A stretch of DNA of 63,035 nucleotides, counting the filler, from Octopus bimaculoides (lineage: Eukaryota): the NCBI RefSeq assembly GCF_001194135.2. It is 5 parts of 4 records of this genome, joined end to end, with 100 filler letters (N's around TTAATTAATTAA, not from the genome) between each part and the next. Parts side by side here need not be neighbours in the genome. Positions count along the whole stretch, not along the records: positions 60,708 to 63,035 come from NC_068986.1; 4 more parts are not named here. The stretch is one strand, 5' to 3'. Positions 61,789 through 63,035 of this stretch are shown piece after piece. The translations under genes and the position numbers were made by a program. Position 1 is the first letter of the stretch, and each line of letters begins with the position of its first letter. A model generated the notes under the pieces. The model saw only the letters and a list, made by a program, of their open reading frames with translations, had not been told where the DNA came from and made no database searches.

Positions 61789-62134
61789 TCAGTTCTTCTA
61801 TCACTGTCCCAAATCCTTTCTCTTTGACTAAGTATTTTTTTCTCAAGAGCAGATTAAATTCTAGTGTTTCCTAAATTGTTCAGTTTCCAGCCTTCTATTC
61901 TACTCAGATCTTGTCTTAACGTCTTCATTTATATTTTCAAATATTTTCCACATTTGCTCTTTTCTAATCTTTCCTAGAGGAATATCTAATCTTCTAGTAA
62001 CTACTACTCCTCCTGCAAAGATGAACAAGTTAGTGTCACCTATATTTTTAGTATTTATCCTACTAATAACAGTCTACTTTCCTCGTCATATCTAGCAGTT
62101 TCCTTCTGTTGGTATCTTTCAATGCAGGTAATCC

Positions 62135-62193
<59 letters not shown>

Positions 62194-62216
62194 GTTGTTG
62201 TTGTTGTTGTTGTTAT

Positions 62217-62276
<60 letters not shown>

Positions 62277-62326
62277 CACTACTACTACTACTATTATTAT
62301 TATGGATTGGCTACTATTACTATTAC

Positions 62327-62359
<33 letters not shown>
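62135..62359. repeat. Compound (ATT)(GTT)(ACT)(ATT) trinucleotide array
   Basis: Direct reading. Confidence 0.95.
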
Positions 62360-63035
62360 GGATTATCGTTGGTGCGTTGCACAAAATGTTTTGCGGTAAT
62401 TGTGCCGGGCCTTTAATATAGATCAACTTTTCTCTTCCACCCTTCCGAAATCGACAAAATAAAAGTACCATTTAAATGCTTATGTCGATGGAATCGTCTA
62501 TCTCCCTTCTCACTAAAAGACCCTGGCGTTGTGCCTAAATCACAAAACAGTTGCTACATAAATACACGTCGGAATCTTCAATTCTGCACTGGCATCAATT
62601 TTGGCACATGTGTGTAAACGCATACTCACACATAGCACACATATACAGATACTCACACACATATACATGTATAAGTGTATACATGTATATGTATGTGTAT
62701 ATATATATATATATGCGCACACACAAACATATATATGTATATATATGCATGTGTAGGTGTCTGTGGATAGATGTATGTATAGATATATATTTTCATATGT
62801 AGATGCGTGTGTATATATATGTATATGCATATACACATATATATATGTATATACATATATATGTATACATGTATATGTCTATATATATATATGTGTATAT
62901 GTATATATATATATATGTATACTCTCTCTTTCCTTTCCCGAGCGTCCAATAACACTATCCGTATCACGTCCTCACTTTGTTGTTTTTTTGTTATTGTTTT
63001 TTTGAACTTATATATATATATATATATATATATAT

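Overview
AT-rich eukaryotic DNA that is dense in repeats and broken by many N-gaps. The SINE families and microsatellite load resemble an octopus (cephalopod) genome; this is an inference from recalled family features, not a database result. No host protein-coding gene can be supported, and most ORFs in the supplied track are microsatellite or gap artefacts. The window is a transposon graveyard. It holds three Penelope-like elements (PLEs): a GIY-YIG 3' fragment with a degenerate hammerhead in its 3' end, a decayed RT+GIY-YIG copy, and a near-complete decayed Naiad-type element with permuted domain order (N-terminal GIY-YIG, C-terminal RT). It also holds fragments of RTE, Tx1/L1 and R4/Dong-like (RLE) non-LTR elements, a Gypsy integrase with PPT and LTR, several mariner relics, a hAT MITE with 8-bp TSD, a canonical non-autonomous Helitron, several palindromic/foldback elements, and more than 20 tRNA-derived SINE copies from about four families. 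The most notable observations are the Naiad, several hammerhead-like RNA motifs, a conserved non-canonical GAAAC-N15-GGGGCAG-CUGAU(GA) hairpin motif at two loci, and many inverted repeats that could form dsRNA.
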